Shown here: piece by piece, positions 38,801 to 48,049 of the stretch
How positions within the stretch are numbered: the stretch's first letter is position 1
How the letters are laid out: each line of letters opens with the position of its first letter
Source: Candidatus Eiseniibacteriota bacterium
GTDB taxonomy: Bacteria; Eisenbacteria; RBG-16-71-46
Length of the DNA: 64,000 nt
Direction of reading: 5' to 3'
Assembly (NCBI GenBank): GCA_963717505.1
Contig: OY970342.1
Span: 2,464,001 to 2,528,000, forward strand
Translations under genes and position numbers: made by a program
The notes under the pieces: model-generated
Seen by the model: the letters and a program-made list of their open reading frames with translations, nothing else
The model's database searches: none
What the model was told of the DNA's origin: nothing

Positions 38801-40594
38801 CGCGGCGCGTGCCACGCGCGCGCGCAGGGTCTGATGCCCGGCGCGCAGCGAGTCGACGGCGCGAGCCAGTCCCGCCGCCCGCGACTCGAGTGCGGCAAGC
38901 TCGGCGCTGGTGGCAAACGCCTTACGGCTCGAGTCCATGGCGGCAGCCAGCGACCGAGTCCAGATGCGCAGGGCGCGCGCTTCGGCATCGAGCGCCTGAG
39001 CCCGCCCGACCAGGTCGGGACGCCAGGATTCGGCGTACGAGCGGGCGATCAGTCCCGGCACCTCGGCCGCGATCCGTGCTGCGGTCTCGAGAATCAGCGT
39101 GGTCAGCAGGTCCTCCTGGCCGAGGAGGTCGCGCTCGGCGGGCAGGCCCGGAGGTGGCGGCGACCGACGCCCGACCCACGGCCCTTCGAGGTGGAAGTGG
39201 CGCATGGCATGCATCCACGTCAGACTCAGGCGTCCCGACTCGATGATCGCACGGGTGCGCGACAGCATCCGGCTCGTCGCCGTGTCGCGCACGGACTGGA
39301 GCAGCGAGTCCAGAATGTCGAGATGCCGGCGCAGCGAGTCGAGCAACGCCGCGTGCGCGTCCAGCTCCGCGGCTTCGCGTGCCGCGCGGTCGAGGCCGAC
39401 GGTCAGGTACCGGCGATGCGCCGCCAACCGCTGGCGCTCGCGCTCGGCATCGAGCTGGGTGCGCGCCAGGTGGTATTGGTGCTCGTCGAGCACCTGCGCC
39501 GAGGTCGCGACCGCGAGCCAATCGGACCGTGGCGGGGGCAGCACCGGCCACATGGGTGCCGGGGCGGGAGGTGCGATCTCGAACACCGGGGCCGGAAGCT
39601 CCGGCTCGCTCAGCAGGTCGGCGGTGGCCGACGCCATCAGTTCCGCGAGCTTGGCGGTCGCTTCGGCGTCGAGCACGATGCCTTCGGACAGGCCGGGATT
39701 CGTGGCCCACGAGGTCCACAGCGACTCGTAGTCCGCAGTGGCCACGAGTCCCTTCAACGTGTCCCGGTGCTGGACCCAGTCCGTGTCGATCTTCCGGTAG
39801 ACGTCGTACGCTTCGTTCCATCGACCGCGATCGAGCGCGCGCCCGGCCAGAGCGAGGTGCACCTCCCGACGCGACGCGTAGCCCGGATCCGCGACCAGCA
39901 GCGACTCGAGCACGGCCGCACCCTGGTCGATCAGGCCACGCTCCATGAGCGACACGCCGAGCATGTGGCGTGCGCGCGCGGCGTAGCGACTGCCGGCCGG
40001 CACCGACTCGAGTAGCGAGGAAGCGTCCGCGCCGCGCGCCAATGCCGCCGTGGCTCGCCGCATCGCCTCGGCGCCGGCGAGGTCGCGCCCGAGGCGGGTC
40101 TCCGGATCCGGCGCCGGCAGGTCCGACACCCAGGTCGAGTCGCCGGCGGCCGCCGCGGCCAGGTGCTCCTGATGCCGCAGCCAATCGGTGTAGCGACTGC
40201 GTGGGCTCCAGCGGGCAACGACGCGCGCGAGACCCAGGAAATGGTCGCGGCTCCCCAGCGCCAGGTAGGCGTGGCCCAGGAGGAACGCGGCGCGGTCGGC
40301 CTTGGGGAAGGCGGGCGTCGTGAAATCCAGCGGCTCGAGCTGCGCGATCACGCCGTGGTAGTTGCCGAGTCGCTGCTCCATGGCCGCACGCGCCAGTCTC
40401 AGCGCGCCGTCGTCGGGTGCCTCGGCGGACGGCGTGACTTGCGACGGCTGCAGCACACGCTCGCTGGTGTCCTGGGGAGTGGACGACGCCGCGGCCGCGC
40501 GCGGTATCCCCGCAACGGCTAAGCCGGCCGCCACCAGCATCGTGACGGCGAGGATCGGGGCCATGAGGCCCCGGTGGCGGAACGTTCGGCGCAC
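35864..40594 (-). CDS. Giant secreted TPR protein (1576 aa), probable GltC-like + GltD-like fusion
   Basis: Signal peptide, TPR block, long coiled coil, second TPR array (ESWLRMGDLEF, ARFKQGWAYF), C-terminal AFRIGEAL..FG.AL..SERPADL...YEDVL..QA. Confidence 0.8.
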   Translation of the reverse strand: MRRTFRHRGLMAPILAVTMLVAAGLAVAGIPRAAAASSTPQDTSERVLQPSQVTPSAEAPDDGALRLARAAMEQRLGNYHGVIAQLEPLDFTTPAFPKADRAAFLLGHAYLALGSRDHFLGLARVVARWSPRSRYTDWLRHQEHLAAAAAGDSTWVSDLPAPDPETRLGRDLAGAEAMRRATAALARGADASSLLESVPAGSRYAARARHMLGVSLMERGLIDQGAAVLESLLVADPGYASRREVHLALAGRALDRGRWNEAYDVYRKIDTDWVQHRDTLKGLVATADYESLWTSWATNPGLSEGIVLDAEATAKLAELMASATADLLSEPELPAPVFEIAPPAPAPMWPVLPPPRSDWLAVATSAQVLDEHQYHLARTQLDAERERQRLAAHRRYLTVGLDRAAREAAELDAHAALLDSLRRHLDILDSLLQSVRDTATSRMLSRTRAIIESGRLSLTWMHAMRHFHLEGPWVGRRSPPPPGLPAERDLLGQEDLLTTLILETAARIAAEVPGLIARSYAESWRPDLVGRAQALDAEARALRIWTRSLAAAMDSSRKAFATSAELAALESRAAGLARAVDSLRAGHQTLRARVARAAIERTLADLDAEREGIDYGLAASSYAQSVGLSASDSLAAAAPADTLDDPHAEAWRSASIAHMTAFLERHPASPARGEMRFHLADLLLVAARHRFRQQMEAYLRDQEAGQAASTLPVLTYDPALALYRKILAEDADFERRDAVLFNAGMILADGADPEAATLFRTLVTTHPESPYVQESWLRMGDLEFSEKHFSACVDLYEHAAAGPDTSLTAIARFKQGWAYFNEDRFLEAVDAFRVVLDLYASAGRAAIQADVEDEAETYLMHALSRAGGAEAFTAYFDRVGRRPYDLRLLLALGQHFRRYSMFAEAAAVDQLVLERHPLDPGALLAAERMIETQRRAERPDDARRAQLEHAAGFAPGGKWYEAQTSDSVRVAGATFARTSMLAVAKHHHRLAREKDVESDWRESRRLYEHVLRAWPDDAEAPSLRLFAAEAAAELGDPAEALVHYQAAAASGVDSIVALALWQRLAVTDSWYSRTRATGDTTRNDSLARAVLEAGDALLARYPEHAQAADVRWRQGNLAFAHGWFERAAEDFGRMALRDSSDKRLPIAARLRADAFFRLERFEDAGAAYERALATAQRAGVDSLARYASAAIPVCYFRHADAAVAKDSTAHEKHAALFERVAVRWPNYEHAHVAKYRAGLAWLAAGSRAAGIQALEELIRDFPRSEYVRDARLQIAHAWEKSGERERAAEAWAAFAASHPDDESAGEALLKSADLLEAAGLTGRADATRIAYIRLHPEDVEMAMEIYEKLARREVAALGTDKPISSLLPKPAPPAKKKAKTKPAAPDTTRPASHLAEYLRRAGLRPDLASKDLIAEVRFLQGDEARRAYVGARLTQPLDKSITVRQRLLDSLIAAYGRSAEVGVAKWAQASAFRIGEALIGFGEALEKSERPADLTGDDLIAYEDVLLGQADAFHARGEQVWTDLLRAQRDETAASEWVAKARESLWQRLARRFFYMPEAEHPLAAATPAERQRSPK

Positions 40595-40604
40595 GCTTTC
40601 GCCG

Positions 40605-41507
40605 TCACCCGTCGACGGCAGGAACGCGCGTGTCGTGGAGCCAGGTGCTCGCCGACATGCCGCTCGACCCGTGCACGCCGGTCAGATTCAGCCGGAGGAA
40701 GGTGATTCGATCACGCGCCGGCTCGAGCGTGACGAAGCCGCGATCGGCTTCGGGGCGACCCTGGCCGGTGACGGCGATCTCGATCACCTGCTCGCGCGGC
40801 TCGACGAACGCATGGAACACCTGGATGACGCCGCCGCGGCGCAACGATGCCTGGTGCTCGGGCGTCAGTGGCACCTGAACCTGGGCGCCGTCCTCGAGGG
40901 TCACCGTGATCTCGGTCAGCGCGCCCTCGGCCGGATGGCCACCGACCACCACCACCAGTGCCGTGCGCTGGTCGCCGGTGAAGTCCTCCTGGAGCATTCC
41001 GAGTCGCACGCGCTGGGCGGCCAACGCGCGTTCGATCTGGTCGAGTTGGGCTTCGAGGCTTCCGAGCATGGTCACGCTCGCCATCAGCTCCAGCCGCTGG
41101 CGTTCGGATTCGGCGGTGTTCACCGAGTCGGTGCCCGCCAGGACGGCGGCGAGCATCTCCTGGTAGGCCAGGTAACGGGGATCGATCTCGGCCGCCGTCT
41201 CGACGTGTTCCCCGGGCTTCTCGCGCAGCAGGTCGAAGCGTGCGCGAATGAAGCCCCGGTTCTCCTTGAGGAATCGCAGGGTCGGGTGCTTCTCGCGCTT
41301 GGGCTTGATCCGCTCGATGCGCACCTCGGCGGCGTCCATCGGTCGGAGGGGCTGCGAATCCGGGGCCGGATCCGAGAGCGCAGGCGGTACCGCCGCATCG
41401 CTCGGGGGCGCGTTCGAAGCCGGCGTCGACTCAGCGGCGGCCGACGCGGCGATCAGGGTGCATGCGGCGAGCGCCAGGGCGTGCCGGTGAAATCTCGGTC
41501 GTCGCAT
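40605..41507 (-). CDS. Secreted coiled-coil + beta-sandwich protein conserved upstream of Glt-core TPR genes
   Basis: Start MRRPRF (ATG 41507), signal peptide, coiled coil, then L...QASLRRGGVIQVF...IEIAVTG. Family link is from memory of similar clusters. Confidence 0.6.
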   Translation of the reverse strand: MRRPRFHRHALALAACTLIAASAAAESTPASNAPPSDAAVPPALSDPAPDSQPLRPMDAAEVRIERIKPKREKHPTLRFLKENRGFIRARFDLLREKPGEHVETAAEIDPRYLAYQEMLAAVLAGTDSVNTAESERQRLELMASVTMLGSLEAQLDQIERALAAQRVRLGMLQEDFTGDQRTALVVVVGGHPAEGALTEITVTLEDGAQVQVPLTPEHQASLRRGGVIQVFHAFVEPREQVIEIAVTGQGRPEADRGFVTLEPARDRITFLRLNLTGVHGSSGMSASTWLHDTRVPAVDG

Positions 41508-42136
41508 CAGCCCCTCCACGTGCGGCGCACTTCGCCGCTTCTGGCATCCACCACCACGAACAACGGCGGCACGCCGGCCGCGGCGTAGACCAGAGTCCAG
41601 GTCGCGCGGTCGGGGTCGTCGTCGTGAAACGCGCCGCGCATCAGCAGCATCGTGCGCAGCTCGCCTCCGTGCTTGGTCCGGAACTTCCCGGCGGCATCGT
41701 TTTCCGCCGCCGCGATCGCAGCACCGCTGTCGATCCAGTCGCTCGGGACCGGCGGCGCTTCGAACTTCATCTCGAGGTTCTCGGCGACCAGGATCTTGTC
41801 GTTGCGGATCGAGTACGCGCGCGAAGCCCCCAGGGACGGCGAATGGAACAGATAGCCCCAGCGCACGGACGCGCCCTGTCCGTCGACCGGTTCGTCGTTC
41901 TCGACGTACACCAGCACGGCGTCGGCCGCCCACGACTGCGCGGCGGCGGTCGCCAGGTCGAGCCCGTGGCGCGCGGCGAACGGCGGCGGCGGGGCCGCCG
42001 AGACCGAACCGATCCACAACAGCAGCAACAGCGCCGCGATTCCGGCGCGGCACAAGGCCACGGGCGCCCACAGCCACGCGATGCGGGCGGGCACCCGGGG
42101 GCGCCAGCGACCGGGGAATCCTCGGTGAACGGTCAT
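41507..42136 (-). CDS. Secreted hypothetical protein (PepSY-like C-terminus)
   Basis: Signal peptide; WIDS.AAIAAA, W.L.Y, VVVDARSGEV pattern. Confidence 0.6.
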   Translation of the reverse strand: MTVHRGFPGRWRPRVPARIAWLWAPVALCRAGIAALLLLLWIGSVSAAPPPPFAARHGLDLATAAAQSWAADAVLVYVENDEPVDGQGASVRWGYLFHSPSLGASRAYSIRNDKILVAENLEMKFEAPPVPSDWIDSGAAIAAAENDAAGKFRTKHGGELRTMLLMRGAFHDDDPDRATWTLVYAAAGVPPLFVVVDARSGEVRRTWRG

Positions 42137-42146
42137 CGGATGGCTC

Positions 42147-43068
42147 CTAGAAGAGGAACGAGGTGCCGAGGGTGAACTCGATGTTGTTGTTGGTGCGGCG
42201 TGCGGCATCGGAGCCGAACTCGAAGACGTAGTCGCGGACTTCCCAGCGCATGGCGGTCTTCCTGGACAGGAACAATGCGGTGCCGGCGCCGAAGTTGAAG
42301 CTCGATTCGGTGTCGCCCTGCATGATCGAGGAGCCGACGCCGCCGACCAGGTAGGGGACCATCTGGCGTCCGGGCAGCACCTCGATGATCACGTCCAGGT
42401 GGTAGAACAGCATGTGGAAGTCCTCGGCCTCGAGCGACAGGCCGAACAGCGACTCGACGATCTCGGCCGGACGCTGGATGTGCGTCCACGCGCCGCCGGC
42501 TTCGACCTGGATCCGGTCGAACACGTAGTAGCCGAGCGCGTCCGCCGAGGACGAGCGAGTTCGACTTGCGGTCGAACGCGTAGGCGCCGCCGTAGCCGCT
42601 GAGGATGAACGTGCCGGTGCGCGAGTAGAGCCGGGGATTCGGCTGGAACTTGAGGTCCGACAGGTCGTCGAACTCCTCGCACAGCGACGCGTGGATCCAG
42701 CCGGTCTCGCTCTCGGAGATCTGGACGTTGTACCAGTCGTCGCTCTTCGCGAGCACCGGAAAGTCCGAGCCCTTCTTGAACACACCGACGATCGCGTAGG
42801 CGTCGCCGGGGCCGGCGCGCATCACGTTGCGCGCGGCCTCGTTCAGCCGGACCATGCGGCGTGACGTCATCCGCTCGTTCATGGTCGCGGCGATCGACGT
42901 CGATCCCACCCGGACGGTGTCCGTGGGCGAGGCGGAGTCGAGGCCGTTCGCGGCGACCGAATCGACCGGCGCCGGATCCTCCAACTGGGCGTACGCCATG
43001 CTCGGCGCGGCCAGGGCCGCAACGACGAGCCAGGCCCACGCGGCGCGTACCGAAATCGATCGCATCAT
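42147..43068 (-). CDS. SH3b-domain + outer-membrane beta-barrel protein (one frameshift near 42540)
   Basis: SH3b (NVMRAGPG...DWYNV...TGWI), then after a 1-bp shift an amphipathic barrel (VPYLVGGVG, FNFGAG, RWEVRD) ending in C-terminal F (LGTSFLF). Confidence 0.75.
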
Positions 43069-43081
43069 CGGGACGTCCCTT

Positions 43082-43762
43082 TCACCAGGACCCGCGGAGC
43101 CAGGCCAGCTCCAGACGGGCGTTCCATTCGCCAAACGATTCGCGTTCACGCACGACCGTGCCGCCGCTCTGGTGGGCGGTGTCGAGCGCGAACACGCGAT
43201 GGTCCACTTCCAAGCCCAGCGCCCACGCGGGGCCGATCGACCTGCGCACGGCGAGTCCGCCGCCGCCGATCCACTCGGTGACCGGATCGAACGCGACCTC
43301 GATCGGCGTTCCGCCCGCGTCGAGCGTCACGTGATCGGGGCTCCACCCCAGGTGAATCAGTCCGGTGCTGGCGATGGCGGCGACCTCGGTGCCCCACAGG
43401 GTGCCGAGTCGCGCACGCCCGACGACTTCGCCGGTGGTCGAGCGCACGGTCGGGGACGGAGCGCTGGCGCCCAGATCCTGCGTGGTCGCTCCACTCCACA
43501 GACGAAGTCCGGCCGACCAGCGCGCAGCACCCGCGAGCGCCTGAATGCCCCACGCGGCGCGGGGCTCCGCATTCCACTGGTAGTTCGAAAGCGAGGCGGC
43601 GGGCACCCACGTGCCGGCGAGTACCCCGACCGACAGCCAGCGTCCGCCCTGCGGCCCGGCGTCGGCGTCACACGCCGTCGCCGCGTGCAGCATCACCGCG
43701 GCCGCCAGTGCGGCGGCCGTGCTTGCCACGCGAGCCCGCGTCGCATCCCTGCGAGCGCCCAT
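43082..43762 (-). CDS. Putative small outer-membrane beta-barrel protein
   Basis: Signal peptide, alternating hydrophobic/Gly/aromatic strands, C-terminal WNARLELAWLRGSW. Confidence 0.55.
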   Translation of the reverse strand: MGARRDATRARVASTAAALAAAVMLHAATACDADAGPQGGRWLSVGVLAGTWVPAASLSNYQWNAEPRAAWGIQALAGAARWSAGLRLWSGATTQDLGASAPSPTVRSTTGEVVGRARLGTLWGTEVAAIASTGLIHLGWSPDHVTLDAGGTPIEVAFDPVTEWIGGGGLAVRRSIGPAWALGLEVDHRVFALDTAHQSGGTVVRERESFGEWNARLELAWLRGSW

Positions 43763-43763
43763 G

Positions 43764-44405
43764 TCAGGGGCCCACACTCAATTCGAGCCCGACCGGCAGG
43801 ATCTCGTACTGGGCCGAGGGGAACGGCGTCACGATCAGCGAGTCCTGGCCGTTCTGCAGTTCGACCTCTTCGCCCGACCCGAGATAGCAGACGAGGAACA
43901 ATCCGGCTGGCGGCGCACCCGAGGTGTCCATCGGCGCCGATCCGGTGAACGCCAGATCGATGTGCTGGATCAGGTGGTCCCAGCCGGTGACCGCGCGGGT
44001 GGCGCGTCCGACCGAGACCGAGTTGGCCAGCAGGCTGTCGATGTTCGCGGCCATCAGCTCGCGCGGGGCATCGGGGTGCAAGGTCACCTGGGCGGGCGTG
44101 ATCGTGCTGCTCGCCCGCACCTCGGCGATCACGAATCCGGTGAGGATCGACCGATAGGTGATCGCGGCCCGCACGTTGATCGGCAGGCTGCCGCCGGCCG
44201 GCACGATCTGCCCGGGCGTCACGTTCGACGCCGCGAAGTCGAGACGCGTCCAACGGTCCTCGATCTCCGGCTCGTCGAACGCTTCGCACCCCGCGAGCAG
44301 AACGGCGGCGAGCACGACCGACACCCGGAGCGCCCCGCGCAGTCGAGGTCCGGGACGGCCGGCGCTCGCGCGCCGGCCCCCGTGACGGAGTGGAGTGTGC
44401 ATCAT
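43764..44405 (-). CDS. Hypothetical lipoprotein
   Basis: Lipobox AVLLAGC, beta-rich mature region. ATG overlaps the upstream stop. Confidence 0.65.
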   Translation of the reverse strand: MMHTPLRHGGRRASAGRPGPRLRGALRVSVVLAAVLLAGCEAFDEPEIEDRWTRLDFAASNVTPGQIVPAGGSLPINVRAAITYRSILTGFVIAEVRASSTITPAQVTLHPDAPRELMAANIDSLLANSVSVGRATRAVTGWDHLIQHIDLAFTGSAPMDTSGAPPAGLFLVCYLGSGEEVELQNGQDSLIVTPFPSAQYEILPVGLELSVGP

Positions 44406-46053
44406 CAATTGACGACCACCAGGCGCTGCATCTGGCGGACCGCATCGGCATTCAGGCGCAGGAAGTAGACGCCCGCTGCGGCACGTGCGCCCTTCTGATT
44501 GCGACCATCCCAAATGACCTCGTGGAGTCCGGCCCCGAACGTGCCGTCGAAGCTCTTCACGCGACGGCCGAGAGCGTCGTAGATGCCGAGCGAGACTTCG
44601 CGGTCGCCGCCCGCCGGCAACACGAACGCGATGCGGGTCGAGGCGAACACCGGGTTGGGCGTGATGCCGACCAGCATCGGCCGGGCCGGCAGAATCGAAG
44701 CATCGCCTCCGCGCAGAGCGGTCTGGGCGGTCGCGACCGGGCCCCCTTCGTAGGCCGAGGCCACGGCGACGCGAAGCAGGACGTCCGGCGAACCGGCGGC
44801 CGCCGCCAGCTCGGCATTGCCGATCGTGAGCGCATGATTGCCGGCCGGGAGCGAGCCTGCCGACTGCTGCGCCAGCGAACGGCCGCTGCGGGTGTCGACC
44901 AGCTCGAGCGTGACGTCCGCCTGGTCGGTCAACAGGAAGCTCGCGACCGGGGCAGCGCCACCGTGGACCGCGAGGTTCTGGACTTCGACGCCCAGGCCCC
45001 ACAGGCGCATGCCGCTGCCGTCGGTCCACTGATCGACCGAGACGCCGCTCGGCGAGCCGACGCGCTCCATCCGCCGGCGCCGCGATGGTCGCGTACGTTG
45101 CGGAACGGCACGTGGAAGGCGCGCGGACGCGCCAGGTCGCCCTTGAGCTCGGCCACCGGAGTCAGGTCGGGCGCGAACTTGCGCACGACGCCCTGATTCG
45201 GAGCCGCCGCGTAGAGGTTGCCCCACTGGTCGGTGTCGAGCGACGTCACGACGTCGGCGTCGTGCTGCACGTCGTCGACCCACGCGAAGCTGCCGGCCGA
45301 TGACGCAGGTGCACGATACGGCGCGTGTGAGCGTCGGCGACATAGACGTCGCGGCGTGTTCGCGCCGTCCGTGCGTCCGACGGCGATCGCCATCGGACCG
45401 GCGAAGCGGCCACGGCCGCTGCCCAGCTCGCCGATCGCGGCGACGCGGCGCGCGCCATTCGTGGTCAGCGCGTACGCGACCACGCGATTGCCGCCGGTGT
45501 CGGCGACGTAGAGGACGTCGTCGCCGGGGACGAACGGCGTGCCGCCGTCGGAGAACGCCACGTCGTGCGGCTCGTGTAGGCCGGCGATCTCGAAGCTCGG
45601 CGCCAGGTCCATGTCGCCGAACTCGGTCCGAGCGTCGAGCACCAGGACGCGGTCGTTGCCGGCGTCGGCGACGTACACGCGGTCGTTCTCGTCCACCGCC
45701 AGTGCCGCGCGGGTTCCTGAGCGCCCCGAACGGACGGCCCTGGCCGTCGATACGCGCGGAGGCTGCGGCCGACCTCGCCGAACACCAGACGGTTCCAGCG
45801 CGGATCGGAGACGACCTGGAAGGTCCGCGACTCGACGTAGGGGAACACGTCGTAGACGTCGACGTTCTCGATGCGTCACCGTCGCGTAGGGATTCGCGAA
45901 CAGGTCGCGACCCAGCTGCTCACGCGCCACGCCCCGGGTCAGGGCGTCGAGGCCGAGCTCGGGTGCGATCGCGCGATCGATCGAACGTCCCCGCACCCAG
46001 CGGCGAGCCGCGACCAGGGCCAGGGTCAGTGTCAGCAGGATGGGTCGTCGCAC
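44405..46053 (-). CDS. NHL-repeat beta-propeller protein with C-terminal FlgD-Ig/T9SS-like sorting domain (multiple frameshifts)
   Basis: RBS GAGGAG + GTG. NHL repeats (VYVADAGNDRV, LYVADTGGNRV, F.GP..IAV). C-terminal PNP..ST.I.F.LP...V.L.IYD..GR.V...G.H...WDG.....AGVYFLRL. Confidence 0.72.
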
Positions 46054-46084
46054 AGGATGCTCCTCTCGCGAGATGCCGCGACCC

Positions 46085-47227
46085 TCAGAACCGGAAACCG
46101 ATCCCGGTTTCGAGGATGTTCGCCGAGTAGTTGTTGCTGTTGAAGTAGCGCTCGTCGTTGAGCCACAGCGCTGAAGCGGCCGCAACGTCGGATGGTCGGC
46201 CGAGATGCCGTCGAGGTCGAGATTCAGAGCGACGCCGAACAGGTGCGACGACAGCGTCCGCCATGCGGTAGTCACCGGTCCGGTAGCCGTCGATGCCGTT
46301 CGCGTCGGTGTATTCGTCGCGGTAGAAGTCGGCCGCGCGTCTGCGTGTACCAGCGGTACTCGTAGCGCGCGAACACGCCGTGCGTGACGTACTGGCTGAG
46401 CTTGGTGCCGACCTCGTGCGAGTCGATGCCCCAGTCGTCGTTGTAGAGGCGGTAGTGGAGCTTCAGGCTCGAGCGGTTCGGCAGGTACTGGTTGAGCTTC
46501 GACGAACGCGTCGCGGCGCTGGCGCTGGTCCGGGTGGCGCTCCGGCACGTTGGTGCCGCCGGCGTAGACGTTGCGATACGGGTTGTGCTGCAGGCCGTCG
46601 ACCAGGTTGTACTCGACGCCGACGCGCATCATGGTGCGTCGGCGTCAGCACCTGGGTCGCGACCGCGTTCCAGTGGAGCGTGGTCTTGGTGTCCGCGTCG
46701 GTCTGGGTGTCGTCGTCGGCCAGCGGATCGATCGCGTCCCAGCCGTAGCTGGTGCCCACCGACAGGTTGAGCTGCGAGTCCATGAAGGTCGCGGTGTAAC
46801 GGGCGCCGAGCTGCTGGGCCAGGTAGTCGGTCTCGCTCGAGAAGTAGTAGTCGACCGACGCGTGGCCGCGGCTCAACTCGCCCTGCGAACTCGTTGCGGA
46901 TCTTGACGAAGTCCTGTAGGCGTTGCCCGAGATCGGGCGGCTCGCGGTGGTGATCGCGTCCACCGCCTCCGGGCTGCCGACCGGAGCGTCGATCGCGGGG
47001 ATCATCACGCGCTCGTTGTTCCAGTGGAAGTTGAGTCCGAGATCGCTGCGCAGCTTGAACGCGTAGTCGCCGAGGAACGATCGCACCGACACCTGGTCGG
47101 AGTCGGTGAACAGGCGCAGCATGGACCCCAGGTTCTGGTCCTCGAGCTCCATCATCGAGCCCGAGGCCGGAGCCGCGGCGGCGCAAAGTCCGAGTGCGAG
47201 CGCCACGATGCCGCACCTCAGTTGCAC
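46085..47227 (-). CDS. DUF3570-family outer-membrane beta-barrel (multiple frameshifts)
   Basis: GTG-QL start overlapping the DUF4266 CACN-stop. VDAITTAS, S.E.DY, NPYR, ER.PD.R.R, YRLY.DDWGI.SH, RY.Y.Q..ADFY; ends IGFRF. Confidence 0.8.
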
Positions 47228-47478
47228 GCGCAGCCCCCGCCGGCGCCGCCGTTGCCGCCGGTCGAGCCCTCGCGGGCCTCGAGCGACTTGGTGAGGCGCG
47301 CGTCCTTGCGGGCTTCTGCGTCGAACGACATGATGCGATCGGTCAGGCGTTCGCGCTGATAGGCGCTCACCGCCCCGCAACCGGTCACCAGGAAATGCAG
47401 GGCGACGATCAGGGCCAGCGCGAACAGGCGGAGCGCGAAGCCCGAAGCCGTGGTCGCCGCCGGGAACGTGCGTTTCAT
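47218..47478 (-). CDS. DUF4266-family small lipoprotein
   Basis: Lipobox LVTGC, V.AYQRE.L...M, REGSTGGNGGAGGGCACN C-terminus. Confidence 0.85.
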   Translation of the reverse strand: MKRTFPAATTASGFALRLFALALIVALHFLVTGCGAVSAYQRERLTDRIMSFDAEARKDARLTKSLEAREGSTGGNGGAGGGCACN

Positions 47479-48038
47479 GGCGCGTCTCCTTCCGTGGCGC
47501 GCGTCGCCATCGGCGGACGCGCCAGCTCCTGTTTGGTCACCTGGCGCAGCGCGGCCAGCGACGCGGCGTCCGAGCCGGACGTGGCATGCACGACGTCGCC
47601 GCTGCGATCGAGGACGACGGTGTACGGAACGTGCTGCAGGTCGAGCGTGCGGGCCAGCCCGTCGGGCCCGTCGTGATAGACCGGGAGCGACAGGTGGTAG
47701 CGCCGCAGAAGCGCTTGACGTTGCGCGCGTCGTGGTCGATGGAGACCGCCAGCACGCGGCCGCCCTGCTTGGCGATCTCGGCATGGAGCGCGTCGAGCTC
47801 GGGCAGCTCGCGCCGGCAGGGCGCGCACCAGGTCGCCCAGAAGTTGATGACCACGACCTCGCCCTCGAGTGAGGCCATCGGCACGCGGGTGCCGTCGAGG
47901 GCTACGCAATTCGTGCCCGGCGAGCGCGGCGCGCGTCCGCGTCCTGGCCGGCGCCTGCGGCACCCGCAGCGTGCCGCCGCCACCAGCAGTGCGGCGAGTG
48001 CCGAGCAGCGCAGGGCTCATGGCTCGAATCCGGTTCAC
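47475..48038 (-). CDS. TlpA-family thiol-disulfide oxidoreductase (frameshifted)
   Basis: VVINFWATWCAPCRRELP, VLAVSID, then after a shift HVPYTVVLDRSG (cis-Pro). RBS GAGGAG. Confidence 0.85.
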   Translation of the reverse strand: MNRIRAMSPALLGTRRTAGGGGTLRVPQAPARTRTRAALAGHELRSPRRHPRADGLTRGRGRGHQLLGDLVRALPARAARARRAPCRDRQAGRPRAGGLHRPRRAQRQALLRRYHLSLPVYHDGPDGLARTLDLQHVPYTVVLDRSGDVVHATSGSDAASLAALRQVTKQELARPPMATRATEGDAP

Positions 48039-48049
48039 GCCCGACTCCT

